A stretch of DNA of 64,000 nucleotides, taken from contig CBDCCK010000002.1 of the NCBI GenBank assembly GCA_965214835.1, positions 3,072,001 through 3,136,000 on the forward strand. The letters run 5' to 3'. The position numbers and the translations under genes were made by a program. The notes under the pieces were generated by a model. That model had not been told where the DNA came from. It saw only the letters and a list, made by a program, of their open reading frames with translations, and did no database searches. The number at the start of each line of letters is the position of its first letter. The stretch's first letter is position 1. Of the stretch, positions 22,301 to 31,120 are shown piece after piece. Source of the DNA: Nitrosopumilaceae archaeon (GTDB lineage Archaea > Thermoproteota > Nitrososphaeria > Nitrososphaerales > Nitrosopumilaceae).

Positions 22301-25300
22301 CGCATAGTTATGTCCGTCGATCTGGAAGGTGACGACGCTGTTGGGGTTGTCATAGTCCAGGCGAGGGTCAAACGTGAGCTGTCCGGCTGCACGTACACGG
22401 TTGGCTCCGATCTCGAGCACCTGTATGCCGTCCTCGGTCGAGGACGTGATGACAGCGTATCGGTTAGTGCCATCGGCAAAGACGGCCACGCTGCGGGGAT
22501 CGTCGAGCAGTAGGTCGCTCGAGTCGGCCAGTTTGACAGTGGCACCCAGGTTTCTGGATAGATTGTCTACATTGATCACCTGGACGCCATTCTCGCTCTC
22601 AGAGGTTACGATTGCGTATTTGATTCCACCAGGAGGATCAAAGGTGGCAAGCGCGTAGCCGTTGCCCAGGAACAGGTCTGTGTGATCGTTCAGGTGCCTG
22701 GTCTCCCGGATGTCGGAGGGATTGGTGATCTCAAGCACCTGAACGGCATCGTCGTCTGAGACGATTACGGCAAAGATCTTGTTGCCGTTCTTTACTATGG
22801 CCACGTCGTTTGGATTATTGAACTCCGAGTTACGGCCGTCGCCCGAATGGTCGGTGGCCCGCAGGTTGTCCGGATCCGTGATGTCTATAATCTGGAGGGA
22901 GTCATCTGACTGGGTCACTATGGCCGCGTAGGTGCGCCCGTCCTTCTCAAAGATCTCCAGGCCGGTGGGGCCGTTGAGCCGCTCGGCACCGCGTCCGTCG
23001 ACTATGTTCGAGGAGGCAGTTATGATGAGGCCCGGCAGCCTTTCGGTGATCTCGATCCGGCCGTCGGAGACCGCCTCGACGTCGTTGCCTGAGAGGTCGA
23101 CGACGGCGCCCTCCCGGATGTCCAGCAGCGGCTCAGGTATGGCGGCTATCCGCCGCAGCTGCGACTCGGCAAGCAGGAGAGACAGGGTGTCCGTGTCGGG
23201 TCCCGTACGGTCAAGGCTGGCGCCACGCAACCTGATCGGATCCCTGGCCGGATCCGCCCCGGCGTAGGTCACGTTCATCCGCCACGTGTTGGTCTCTGAC
23301 ACGTCGATGATCTCGTCAAAGCTGATTGAAATGATCCTCGTGTTCTCGTCCAGTGCGGCAGACACGAACGCCGGCCTGTCGCTGTCGCCGGCAAGCGTGA
23401 TTCGCTTGTTATTCGTCGTGGAAATCTCGTTGCCGGCCAGATCCGACACGCCTCCCTCGGATATGGTCAGCCTTGGGCTGTTCATCGCGCCGACGGTGTT
23501 TATCTGTCCAGAGGAAAGATGAATGGTTATCGTATCAGAGTCGTCCGTCGTGGACAGTGGAAGTGCAGCCAGACGGAAGCTGGGATCGCCGTCTGCGTCG
23601 GTTATGAGGAACCTACTCAGACTTACCTCGGAGACGTCGATCTTCTCGTCGAATGTGACGGTAAGGACGCGCGTGTTTGTATTCAACGAGGCCGACTCGA
23701 AGGCGGGCCTTGAGGTGTCCGCATGCTCGAGCCTGAGTATCTGGATGCCGTCCTCGGACCAAGAGGCCACTGCGGCGTACGTGGTGCCGTCTATTACGAA
23801 GGTATCCACATCATAGGTGTTATCAAGCAGCAGGCTTGGCGTATCGCGCACCTCGGCTGCTGGGATCGGGTTGTTTGGCTTGGTGACGTCGATCAGCTGC
23901 AGGCCGTCCTCGCCTGCGGTGACTGCCACGTATGTCCTGATGCCTATCTCAAAGGCCGCCACGCCGTGGGGGTTGTTGAGAATCAGCCCGCCGCCGTCGC
24001 GGTCGCGGTCGCTGTCTGACAGCCGTCCTACGCTGGCCGGATTGGCCGGATCGGTAACCCGGACTATCTCCACCCCGTCGTTCCCGTTGCCGGTGACTGC
24101 CGCGTACGTGTGCTCGCCTATGACGAAGGTGTCCACGCCACGGGTGTCTTTGAGCAGCCGGGTGCCGTCATCGCGCAACGCTCCGACAAAGGCCGGACTG
24201 CGCGGATCGGTAACGTCCACGATCCGGATGCCGTCCCAGCCCTCGCTGCCGCCGGCGCCGTATGCGGTCACCACCGCGTAGATGCGATTCCCTATCGTAA
24301 AGACATCCACGTCACGGGCGTCATACAGTGTCCAGCCGTCAAACAGGGTTCCGAGGGCCTCCGGGTTGCGCGGATCGGTGACGTCCACGATCTGTAAGCC
24401 CCGATCCGCACTGGCCGTCGATACGGTGTATATCCTGCCATCCTTTTCAAAGACGTCGACGCTGTGCGGGTTTGAGAGCCGCTTGCTACTGTCGTCCCGT
24501 ACGCGCGAGACCGGGGTCGCCCCGGCCGGACTTGTGACGTCGATTATCTCCATGCCGTCGTCGTGCGCCACGACTGCCACATAGTAAGATCCGTTCTTCT
24601 CGAAGAAGGCGCTATCGTGCGGATCCCGAAGCTCGAGACCCTTGGTATCGCTCACCTGCCCGGCACCTTCCGGATTCGTCGGATCGGTCACACGGATAAA
24701 CTGGATGCCGTGGTTTGATATGGATGTGACTGCCAGGTACGTCTCCGGTCCTATCGTAAATGCGTTGACCGAACGCGGGCCGTTGAGCAGTAGGGCGCCG
24801 GTGTCCTTTATGGACCCGACTGGGGTCGCGACAAGGAGTGCAGTCTCTGCTTCGACGCTGACGGGGTTGTCCGGCATGCCCCTTATGGCGTTGCCGGCCA
24901 GGTCGGTAACGGCGCCGGCGCCGATGTCCAGCTGCGGCGTGCTCATCGGCGACGTCCGCAGCAGCTGCGCCTCTGTAAGCTTTATGGTTATGGTGTCCGA
25001 GTCGGCCGCCCTCGAGTCCAGGCTGGCGCCTGCCAGCGAGACGGTGTCCACGTCGCCGTCCTGGCTGAGGTGCATGCGGTTCAGATCGGTCATTGAGACG
25101 TCTATCCTCTCGGTGAACCTGACTGTAAGGACGCCACTCCTCTCGTCTATGGAGGCCGACGCAAAGCGCGGCGGCTCGTTCTCGGCAAGGGCCAGCCGGA
25201 CTATCTGCAGGCCGTCGTCATGCCATGGCGAGACGGCAGCGTACGTGACGCCGCCTATCTGAAAGACCCTTGCCTCGACGGCGCCATCTAGCAGCAGTTC

Positions 25301-27907
25301 GCCGGAGCCCCCGGTGTCCCCGAGGGATGCCGCCGGTGCCGGGCGATCCGGATCAGTGACGTCCACAATCTGGATGCCGTCGTTGCTAAACGTTGCCACG
25401 GCCGCAAACACGTATTCGCCCAGCTCAAAGACATCCACGCCGTGGGCGCCGTTGAGTATCAGCAGGCCGTCCGTGTCACGCAGATTGCCCTTGGCAGTCG
25501 GGCTGGCCGGATCGGTGACATCCACAATCTGGATGCCGTCGTCAAGCCAAGAGGCCACCACGGCGTAGGTCCTGCCGCCCTTCTCAAACGTGTCCACGCC
25601 CCTGGTGTCCTCAAGCAGGCGATCCCCGTTGTCGCCTATACGTCCCACGGCGTTAGGAAGGTGAGGACGGCTGATGTCTATGATCTGGAGGCCGTCCTCG
25701 TTTGAGGTCACCGCCGCGTACGTGGAGCCGTCCCTCTCAAAGACGGCCACGCCCCAAGGCTCGCCCAGCAGGCGGTCGCCGTTGTCAGGCATGTTCACAA
25801 TTGCAGTCGGGTCGGAGGGATCGCTGATGTCGGTTATCTGTATGCCGTTCTCCGTGTGGGAGGTCGATATGGCGTATGTGGTTCCGTCTATGTTGAACGT
25901 CGCCACGCCATCGGCGTTGCCAAGCAGTCTGGCACTGTTGTCATTTTCGTGTCCCCGCTCGTGATTGCCGGCTCCGGGATTGGTGACATCAAGTATCTGG
26001 ATGGCGTCATCATGCCCCACGACGGCCGCATATATTCGCCCGCTCCTCTCGTAGACTGCCACGTCGCGCGCCCACCTGAGCTCCGAGCCTCTGCCGTCGC
26101 CGTTGCGGCCGGCGCCGCTCGGGTCGTCCGGATTAGTAACGTCTACAAACTGCACGCCGCCGTCGGTGTGCGACGTCACGACGGCATATGTCCTGCCGTC
26201 CCGGGCAAACACGTCCAGGCCGCGCGGCCCGTCAAGGTGCAGCTCCTTGTTGTCGTGCAGGTTTCCCAAGGGGGTCACGACGACGGAGGCTGCCATTCTG
26301 GTGACTTCGATCGGGTTGTCGGCCGCCGACGCTATGGCGTTTCCGGCCCGGTCCCTGACGGCGCCCTCGGTGATGTCCAGCTGCGGCGTGTCCATCGGGT
26401 CGATGATCCTCCGCTGCGACTCTGAGAGTTTGAACCTCAGGATGTCCGCATCGGATCCCGCCCTGTCGTAGTCGGCGCCATGCAACGGAACCTGGCTGGA
26501 CGCCCCGACGCTGCTCACGTGCAGGTGCAGCATGTTGGTCTTTGACACGTCGACGGGCTCGGTGAATCTGATCGTAAGGACCCCGGAGCGCTCGTCAAGG
26601 CTGGCCGAGGCAAGCTCCGGCTTTGTGTCCTCCTCAATGGCCAGCCTGAGGATCTGCATGGCGTCCTCCTCCCAGGAGACGGCCGCCGCGTACGTCGAGT
26701 CCCCTCTCGTAAATATGTCAATGTCATATACCGTGTCAAGGGCCCTGCTTGTCGAGTCCTTCAGACTCCCCACATGCACCGGGGCATGCGGATCCGTCAC
26801 ATCCACAAACGAGACGCCGCCGCTACCGTCAAACGTCATGGCAACAAAGGTGCGTCCCTCCATCGAGAAGACGTCCATGTCGTTGGGCCTGGTGTCCTGC
26901 GAGAACGAGCCGTCCACCCACTGGCCGGCGTTGACGGGCCGGTCAGTATCGCTGATGTCTATTATGCGCAGGCCCTTGGTTGAGGCCACTGCGGCATAGT
27001 CGTTTGTGCCTAGCTCAAAGACGACCACGTCGCGCGGGTTGTCATAGTCCAGATCTGCGTCGGCGGCGAGCCTCCCGACGGCACGCAGGCCGTTGGGATC
27101 ACTGAGGCTCACGATCTGGATGCCGTCCTCGGTCTCGGAGGTGACGACGGCAAAGTTGGTGTTTCCCCTGGCAAAGACGGCCACGCCGCGGGCATCGTCA
27201 AGCAGGCGCTGGCTGTTGTCGCCCAGGCCCCCCGCCAGTCGCAACTCCTCAGGATTGCTGAGGGTGACCAGCTGGATGCCGTTCTCACTCTCGGATGCCA
27301 CGACCGCGTAGACGGCTCCCTGGCGCTCAAAGATATCCACTGCGTGGCCGTTGCCCAGGTATACACCGCTTTCATCCCTCACGTGTGAGGTGATCTGGAG
27401 GTCGCCGGGATCGGATACATCAATTACCTGGACGGCGTCTTGGTGCGAGACGATCACCGCGTAGGTCTTGCCGTCCCTCTCGTATATGGTCACGTCATGC
27501 GGATCCAAAAAATAACGGTTACGGTCGTAGGTGTCGATGGCGTCGGTGGCCCGCGGGTTGTCTGGATCCGTGATGTCCACCAGCTGGAGGGCGTCTTCGG
27601 CCTCTGTGATTATGGCCGCATAGACGCGCCCGTGTCTCTCGAAGGTTTCCACGCCGGTGGGCTGCCAGAGCCGCGGGGCGTCGTCATCGTCCCATACGAT
27701 CGAGGCTTCGGATACTATGAGGCGCGAGACCGGCTCTTGTACCTGTGCCTCGGCCTGGAAGCCGGTGGCAGCAAGGCCGGAGACGGCGGCCACAGCTAGT
27801 ACCGTGAACAGGACGGCCATCCGTGCCGGATCCCGACGGAGAAGATGCTGCCGTGCCGCAGCTATGGCAGATCGGCCACCTGACTCGTTACGAGAGCGGT
27901 GCCTCAT
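13322..27907 (-). CDS. Giant (about 4,830-4,860 aa) secreted surface protein: six LVIVD-like beta-propeller modules with Ig-like spacers, cadherin/He_PIG-like domains, a DUF5011-type Ig array, a type 1 periplasmic-binding domain and a C-terminal domain
   Basis: Uninterrupted 14.6-kb ORF; likely start MAVLFTVLAVAAV at 27820; repeated YAAV...DGIQIVDVTDP blades; DTTAPVITL.G...Y.E.GA repeats; VKIG...SCCSTAPSLAIAGDNMFRLAPD PBP1 signature. Confidence 0.9.
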   Translation of the reverse strand: MRHRSRNESGGRSAIAAARQHLLRRDPARMAVLFTVLAVAAVSGLAATGFQAEAQVQEPVSRLIVSEASIVWDDDDAPRLWQPTGVETFERHGRVYAAIITEAEDALQLVDITDPDNPRATDAIDTYDRNRYFLDPHDVTIYERDGKTYAVIVSHQDAVQVIDVSDPGDLQITSHVRDESGVYLGNGHAVDIFERQGAVYAVVASESENGIQLVTLSNPEELRLAGGLGDNSQRLLDDARGVAVFARGNTNFAVVTSETEDGIQIVSLSDPNGLRAVGRLAADADLDYDNPRDVVVFELGTNDYAAVASTKGLRIIDISDTDRPVNAGQWVDGSFSQDTRPNDMDVFSMEGRTFVAMTFDGSGGVSFVDVTDPHAPVHVGSLKDSTSRALDTVYDIDIFTRGDSTYAAAVSWEEDAMQILRLAIEEDTKPELASASLDERSGVLTIRFTEPVDVSKTNMLHLHVSSVGASSQVPLHGADYDRAGSDADILRFKLSESQRRIIDPMDTPQLDITEGAVRDRAGNAIASAADNPIEVTRMAASVVVTPLGNLHDNKELHLDGPRGLDVFARDGRTYAVVTSHTDGGVQFVDVTNPDDPSGAGRNGDGRGSELRWARDVAVYERSGRIYAAVVGHDDAIQILDVTNPGAGNHERGHENDNSARLLGNADGVATFNIDGTTYAISTSHTENGIQITDISDPSDPTAIVNMPDNGDRLLGEPWGVAVFERDGSTYAAVTSNEDGLQIIDISRPHLPNAVGRIGDNGDRLLEDTRGVDTFEKGGRTYAVVASWLDDGIQIVDVTDPASPTAKGNLRDTDGLLILNGAHGVDVFELGEYVFAAVATFSNDGIQIVDVTDPDRPAPAASLGDTGGSGELLLDGAVEARVFQIGGVTYAAVSPWHDDGLQIVRLALAENEPPRFASASIDERSGVLTVRFTERIDVSMTDLNRMHLSQDGDVDTVSLAGASLDSRAADSDTITIKLTEAQLLRTSPMSTPQLDIGAGAVTDLAGNAIRGMPDNPVSVEAETALLVATPVGSIKDTGALLLNGPRSVNAFTIGPETYLAVTSISNHGIQFIRVTDPTNPEGAGQVSDTKGLELRDPHDSAFFEKNGSYYVAVVAHDDGMEIIDVTSPAGATPVSRVRDDSSKRLSNPHSVDVFEKDGRIYTVSTASADRGLQIVDVTDPRNPEALGTLFDGWTLYDARDVDVFTIGNRIYAVVTAYGAGGSEGWDGIRIVDVTDPRSPAFVGALRDDGTRLLKDTRGVDTFVIGEHTYAAVTGNGNDGVEIVRVTDPANPASVGRLSDSDRDRDGGGLILNNPHGVAAFEIGIRTYVAVTAGEDGLQLIDVTKPNNPIPAAEVRDTPSLLLDNTYDVDTFVIDGTTYAAVASWSEDGIQILRLEHADTSRPAFESASLNTNTRVLTVTFDEKIDVSEVSLSRFLITDADGDPSFRLAALPLSTTDDSDTITIHLSSGQINTVGAMNSPRLTISEGGVSDLAGNEISTTNNKRITLAGDSDRPAFVSAALDENTRIISISFDEIIDVSETNTWRMNVTYAGADPARDPIRLRGASLDRTGPDTDTLSLLLAESQLRRIAAIPEPLLDIREGAVVDLSGNDVEAVSDGRIEITERLPGLIITASSNIVDGRGAERLNGPTGLEIFEKDGRTYAAIVTQSDDSLQIIDITDPDNLRATDHSGDGRNSEFNNPNDVAIVKNGNKIFAVIVSDDDAVQVLEITNPSDIRETRHLNDHTDLFLGNGYALATFDPPGGIKYAIVTSESENGVQVINVDNLSRNLGATVKLADSSDLLLDDPRSVAVFADGTNRYAVITSSTEDGIQVLEIGANRVRAAGQLTFDPRLDYDNPNSVVTFQIDGHNYAAVASSKGLRMVDLGDPSSPAFAGQWIGGSSSSSPRPYEMDVFEMEGRTFVAMGFDGTAGIRFIDVTDPYRPVSVGNLWDSTGRNLHTIYDIDVFTIGASTYAAAVSWQEDALQVVRLALEEDTKPEFASAELDENTGRLTVTFNEPVDVSRTNLWRLYISDTGMANQVRLTGAGFDGTKPDAHTLTFTLTESQRRIVVPMETPQLDIAEGAVRDRAGNNIASAADNPIKVTRMAASVVVTPVGKLHDNNKELHLDGPRGLDVFALDGKTYAVVTSHTDSGVQFVDLTNPDDPRGAGRNGDGKGSELSWARDVAVYERNNRIYAAVVGHDDAIQILDVTNPGSGDHERGHVNDNNDRLLGNAEGVAIFNRGPDVYAISTSFTEDGIQITNIGNPSSPDAVGKLRDNTTHLRLNEAWAVATFNFVGGTTPYAAVAGNEDGLEIIQLNTNSPTSVGRIIDNNDLLLEDVRGLDTYEKDGKTYVVAASWLDNGIQIFEIDAGGAPTAKGKLSDSDGGLGQSLILNGAHGVDVFEMGEYIFAAVASYSNDGIQIVDITDPDRPAPAGSLGDSGELLLDGAIEVKVFEIDGVTYAAVSAWEEDGIQIVRLALAENEPPRFASASLDERRGVLTVEFSEKVDVSMTDLGRMHLSQDGIVDAVSLAGAELDSEMADSDTMTITLTESHLLRTSPMNTPQLDIGAGAVTDLAGNTIGRSTDNPAGITAESPLLFATPVANIRDDYTLLLNGPRSVNAFVIGDKTYVAVTSISNHGLELIEVTDPKNPTGVGRVKDTSGLELRDPHDTAIFKIGTKTYAAVVAHDDGMEIIDITDPANPDPVARVRDDGNKRLGNPHNVDVFEKDGKIYTVSTSSAEDGIQIVEVTDPRNPVAHGFLRHYPTLNDARDISVFTIEDRIYAVVTGYGADGWDGIRTIEVTDPRNPVFRGELEDDNNRRLDNTRGVDTFVIGERTYAAVTGNGDNGLEIVRLHGDGTVTSISSRLSDDDRDRDGNGLILNRPHGVAAFEIGIYTYVAVTAGEDGLQVVDVSDPRNLIPVVEMRDNGNRLLADTYDVDTFVIDGTTYAAVASWTEDGIQIVKLEHADTSRPVLESATLDFNTRVFSATFDKTIDASETDLSKLSIVEGSNRVSLAGADHTGMDSDAVTLTLTREQAHQVDAMASPSIDVDEGAFSDLSGNSIRSVSETLETAGRPEPAPPVAPDTDATTTEDTAIVITPAISDPDPGDTPRITDVGTPVEGSATFSDTDITYTPSPDYNGTDTFDYTVTSGADTAQGTITVTITRDNNAPVLGAIDNQTATVGIQLIITPDVTDADPTDTHTYSISRGTLPAAATFSTSDGRLDWTPVQADAGQTHEVTITVNDTRGGADSETFHITAVEAPDVTPPVITITGGSPLVHELGDPYTDQGATSDDGSVVHTTGSNVNVTKSGDYFVSYAATDDNANTGTATRTVQVRDTTAPVIVVTGPPSLTLVIDGSYTERGATVSDNDPAYTTTTATVGGATVDTNSTGTYVVSYTAPADDAGNTPDPVTRTVIVQDTAAPTITVSGDNPLAHELGNPYTDPGATSDDGSAVITDFSAVDVNEHGDYAVTYTATDAGNNTGTAIRMVQVRDTTAPVITLSGSASVTVELGGAYAELGATVSDNDDDYTTTTATVGGATVDTNSTGTYVVSYTAPADDAGNTPDPVTRTVIVQDTAAPTITVSGDNPLAHELGNPYTDPGATSDDGSAVITDSSAVDVNEHGDYTVTYTATDGDGNEGKNTRTVQVRDTTKPVIGATGDDPLVHELGDTYTDPGATVSDNDPDYTGTVTVGGDTVDADSAGTYTVSYTAPADDAGKAPDPVTRTVTVQDTTAPVITLNGDASVTVEFGGTYAEQGATVSDNDPNYNGIVTESGTVNTQVSGDYQVTYTAPADDAGNAPDTVTRFVFVRDSTAPVITLYGNATVTVELGGTYTELGAEVADSEPGYAGTVTVGGDTVDTNTAGTYTVSYTAPPDGDGNLPSPVTRTVTVQDTTAPVISLNGGAVVTVEIGDAYTEPGATVSDNDPAYTTTVATVGGDTVDTSSIGTYLVSYTAPTDDANNTPDPVTRTVVVQDTSGPAVTLNGDATVFVELGDNYVELGATAEGGLPVITDSEVDVTKAGTYTVTYTATDGDGNDGMATRIVTVRDTTPPVITVSGDDPVSIDLGSVYKDEGATSTDNDPGYVGSVSDDAAAIDTDRPGTYTVTYTTTDDAGNTATATRTVLVALDVVKIGTIIHSGEDAGDQLGQQQALAAVANNMQVLAEATGDQLASQYILAVETAVSDFNAYLTRNEATWRIAVDIKDTEEYGVQAAIQSFKADDVSLVSGSIRGPDLESIVPYVDSNDMIFFSCCSTAPSLAIAGDNMFRLAPDSLQYGPVIADLLKNEYGRNVTVMVWRDDIWGIGLKDSVADNFEELGGAVDDTVGSYDPNAADLDAVFETLAGRLADTVSDHVGDVGADRVAVLFIGQDEMSRFVSKAADHPVLRTVQWVGSDVSVLDDALVGDPRVFEFLRDANFVAPIFAEDSGSDPHRKLTRLIEAEFGTTPTAYTYGMYDSIWILGLALERAGSDAEFAAIKDTIAEAASQHDGALGNIHLNEAGDLDWLTYAVWGMDRSGWTLVGTWIDGEFKRPSGGGNDDEWQTAPTFGVSPQTGSQMVSCGYSMDGTCRDVLDYHVDYRRESIQTNSTHDFTLKAHSVTGVQQFQMGFGVPEVGSSIGQSEAVLTVDLERDYATNSTYKIRDATYTDPNDILGEATLDVALVGCMSPDDPTKCVELSVDGLLFREQMYHEPFVIYVMDVQRWSAQNYMNDGLLVQGDSLNPAPRETAGISKKGNQYDAVAISLQRTDKLSDTWEDQWGGEWTRNSYGTWSRLVPEPFERHQDGTWGVMTRMNSNFAALVQAEQDRAVLVFDAAQLMSELEPVLAYDLPEDLDGGDARLDRLEEAILAEQKRMQEIMRGLSFGPIYTESD
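17061..17800. repeat. Near-identical 468-bp-period tandem duplication in the Ig array of the giant gene
   Basis: Antisense ORFs 17061-17276 and 17529-17744 differ by one residue and lie 468 bp apart. Confidence 0.85.
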
Positions 27908-28214
27908 GTGTATGTCCCCCTCCCGCGGAACTGCCTGCAGCTGACGGTGTCCCGTAAAAACATCCGGCCGCAGGATGCACGGACGTCTCCACTCATGCCG
28001 TCCCCCGTACAGTCATGGCCGGAGCCGCATACGAGTCCATTACAGTTGTCCTGTCGCACAGAGGCTGAAACTGGGTCACCCCCCCCCCCCAATCCAGCAA
28101 TCATGGTAAACTCTAACAGTGGTTCCCGGCCGTATGGCAGCGTGCAAAACGTTCATTTGGATACCATGGTTAAAATAAATTGGGTTATTAAGGTTATATG
28201 CTGGGCTGGGGCGT

Positions 28215-30849
28215 TGTATTGTACGAAAATTAGGTCGCACTAATTTGAGGAGGGTTGCAAAGGATTACTTTAGGCGTACGAGGTCACGTTCCTAAACCAG
28301 TTTCATGACCTCGTCTGCTACGGATCTGCCCCTTGCCCTCCATGTCAGTATGCACGTCATAAACCACGACCACCTCCTCATCCAGAGTTCCCCTCCCTTG
28401 ATCTGCCCGTTTATCTTGCGGAAGACGACGGCGTAACGGAGGGCACGCTCTGCGGCGTTGTTTGTGGGATGCACGTTGTCGTGCTCCAGGAACGTAAACA
28501 GGTGCGGCAGCGAGCTTGTCAGTCTGCGCAGTACCGGGCCCAGGACGGGGTCGTCCGTGCTTTCCCGGTACCCGAACAGTATGTTGCGCAGCCAGGACTC
28601 GAACCTTCTGCGCAGATCCTTGCCCCTGTCCTTCCTCGCTGCCCTGACGGCGCTGCGGTACAGCTGCCGAAGCTGCTCGTACAGTATTCCCGCAAACAGC
28701 GGGGCGCCCTGCTTTTGCGCCGCGTATTTTGATACGCGCAGCTCGTGCGACCAGCACAGCTGGTGCCTGTCCTCCCCGTTGAACCTGTCATACACCGAAT
28801 ACTTGTCAGATGTCACTATTCCGCCATACCCCTCCATGTGCCTGTCCAAGAACAGTGCGCCCCTGCTCGTATTGTACTCGACAAACACGCCGTTGTCCGT
28901 CTCGGCAGTCCATGTCCATATGCGGCTGCCGTTCATGTTGGCCGCAGTCTCGTCTATTCTGACGTTGGATGATCTCTTGATGCCGCCCAGGATCGCGCCT
29001 GACGGCTTTTGCATAGAGTCGCATACCCCTCCGATCATGTTGATTACGGTAGATTTGGCGATGCTCCTGCCGGTAAAATCCTTGAGCGTGTCTGCCACGG
29101 ACTGCAGCGGCATGTGCCTTGCGCGCAAGGCAGACACAAGGGAGATCATGTGCTTGCCGTACCTGCCCCTCCTTGGGAGTCCGTCGTCTGCTGATATCAT
29201 AATGCCGCACAGTCTGCATGTGGCACGCTCGGTTATGTGCCGCGTCTCTGTCATCCTGACCGGTTCAAAGTCGATGATGTCCCGTATCAGGGCAGTTATG
29301 TCCATGGCCCTCCCGCACATGCACACCGGCGAGCACGTCCCGTCGTTGTCCTGGAACGTGTGAAGCACCGTCTTCTGTGGGTCGTGTCTTCTGGATGTCC
29401 CCTTGTGGCCCCTCTGGCCTCCCGGCTTTTTGCCGGTGCCACTATTGCTGCCGTTGCCACGGTTACTGGCCCTCTCCCTTTTCCGCTGCGCCTTTTGCCT
29501 CTTGTACTCTAGTGATTCTGCAGACGGTGGCGAGTTCTCGTTCTCGTAGTACCGGAGCCGCCTGTTCTGCTCCTCGATTGTCCTGTCCTTCTCCTTCATC
29601 ATCCTGTTCTGCTCCTCGATTGTCCTGTCCTTCTCCTTCATCATCCTGCACATTGCCTTTTGGTTATTTTCTAGCGTGCTTATTCTGTCTGTGAATGATA
29701 CGATTGTGGCCTCTAGTTCGCGGTATGTGGGTCGACGGCCTTTCATGTTGATGCTATACAGGCATCGTATTTGATCAGCATGATCGCAATATGTTAAGCA
29801 GGTTGTCAAAACACGTCAAAACTAGGTGACCTCGTACCTTTAGGCTTTACCGATCAAGAAAACCGATGGTTGCAAGGCTCAAGGCAAAGCAGATCAGATA
29901 CGCAGTGACGCAGTGTGCAGGGGGACGAAAGCCCTCGGAGGTGGCCCCGGAGATAGGCGTCACGACAAGGCACGTCCAGCGGATGTATGCCAGGTTCAGG
30001 AAGACAGGCGACACGCACCACGTGCCGCTCAAGCCGGGAAGGAAAAGGAGCGCCCCGGTTCCCGACGTGGCCGTGCGCGCAGTCCTAGAGGAGTACAAAC
30101 ACAGTGCAGCAGGGGTGGTTCATACGGCCAAGAGGCTGCGAAGGCAACTCGATATAAGCTACTACGAGGTATACAGGATAATGAAAGAAAACGGACTGGT
30201 GACGCCATCGGCTGCAAAATCAATGCCCAGAAAATACGTCCGCTTTGAGCGCAAATACTCCAATGCCATGTGGCACGTGGACTGGCATACCATGAAGGAT
30301 CCGCGCTTTGCAGGGCTCAATTTGGTCACGTTTCTGGACGACTCGTCCAGGTGCGTGACTGGTGCGGGCCTGTTCAGGGAGGCCACCTCGGAGAACGTCG
30401 TGGCGGTCCTGCGGCAGGCCGTGGCCCAGTTCGGCGCACCTGCTACTATTCTATCAGACAACGGCAAGTGCTTTGTCGGGGCACGCTCGGATCCGAAGAA
30501 GAGAAAGAACCCTCCCAAGAAAGGGTGGACGCCGACTGCCTTTGAGGAGGAGCTGCTCAACCTCGGAATCGAGCTGATAAACTCCAGGCCGTACCACCCA
30601 CAGACCAACGGCAAGCTGGAACGCTTCCATCGGAGCATCGAGGAGGAGATATGGAACCACGAGAGCCTGTCTGCGTACATCGGCTACTACAACGAGGACA
30701 GGCTGCACTGGTCGCTGGATATAGACAACTACCAGACGCCTCTGCGAGCATTCTGTGACAGGAAGGCCACAGAAGCGATCAGGAAAAGCAACCCAAAATG
30801 GATGGAGGAGGACACCGGTGATGGTGCGACATAATTTTCATATAATACA
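28215..30849 (+). mobile_element. IS481-family element (transposase 29866-30834) with a nested IS66
   Basis: TIRs tgtattgtacgaaaattaggtcgcac and gtgcgacataattttcatataataca; WHVD, LDDSSR, SDNG, HPQTNGKLERFH, YYNEDRLH motifs; no matching TSD seen. Confidence 0.9.
28276..29837 (-). mobile_element. IS66-family (ISBst12-like) element with intact transposase 28292-29809
   Basis: TIR gtacgaggtcac/gtgacctcgtac; 8-bp TSD ctttaggc; NSPPS, KPGGQRGHKG, IDET, SDKY, CWSHELR, TNNAAERALR motifs. Confidence 0.95.
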
Positions 30850-31120
30850 TGATTCCAAGGATGGCAGCAGACGCATTAAAGATTGATTTGAGTCGGGCAG
30901 AAAAATCAAACTCTGCCGGTGTGGGAGGCATCTTTGCGACCTACGAAACCAAGATACATCTTGAAACCATCCACCGCGGAACTCCCGTGGACATCGGCAT
31001 GGTGGATGTTTCAATTACAGAAATAGAGTCAGAAGGAACGGACTGAGCAGAACACACTCTTAGGAGAAAGTCAACTGTTCAGGAAGTATCAGATTACGTG
31101 TAATGAACATGACAGGACAA
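30850..31120 (+). pseudogene. Retropepsin-like (clan AA) aspartyl protease fragment, truncated by IS481
   Basis: IP..AADALKIDL...AGVGG...; after an in-frame stop HTLLG..QLFRKYQIT; catalytic N-terminus absent. Confidence 0.5.

Noticed and set aside
13322-27907. Diversity-generating retroelement acting on the repeated modules
   Set aside because: No reverse transcriptase in the window, and differences between repeats are not adenine-specific by eye
13253-27944. Many long + strand ORFs over the giant gene (and 2636-3964 over two genes)
   Set aside because: Antisense shadows of GC-rich coding sequence with no recognisable motifs
29561-29648. 42-bp repeats in IS66 transposases (also 8980-9044)
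   Set aside because: Tandem heptad (coiled-coil) expansions common in IS66 N-termini, not CRISPR-like
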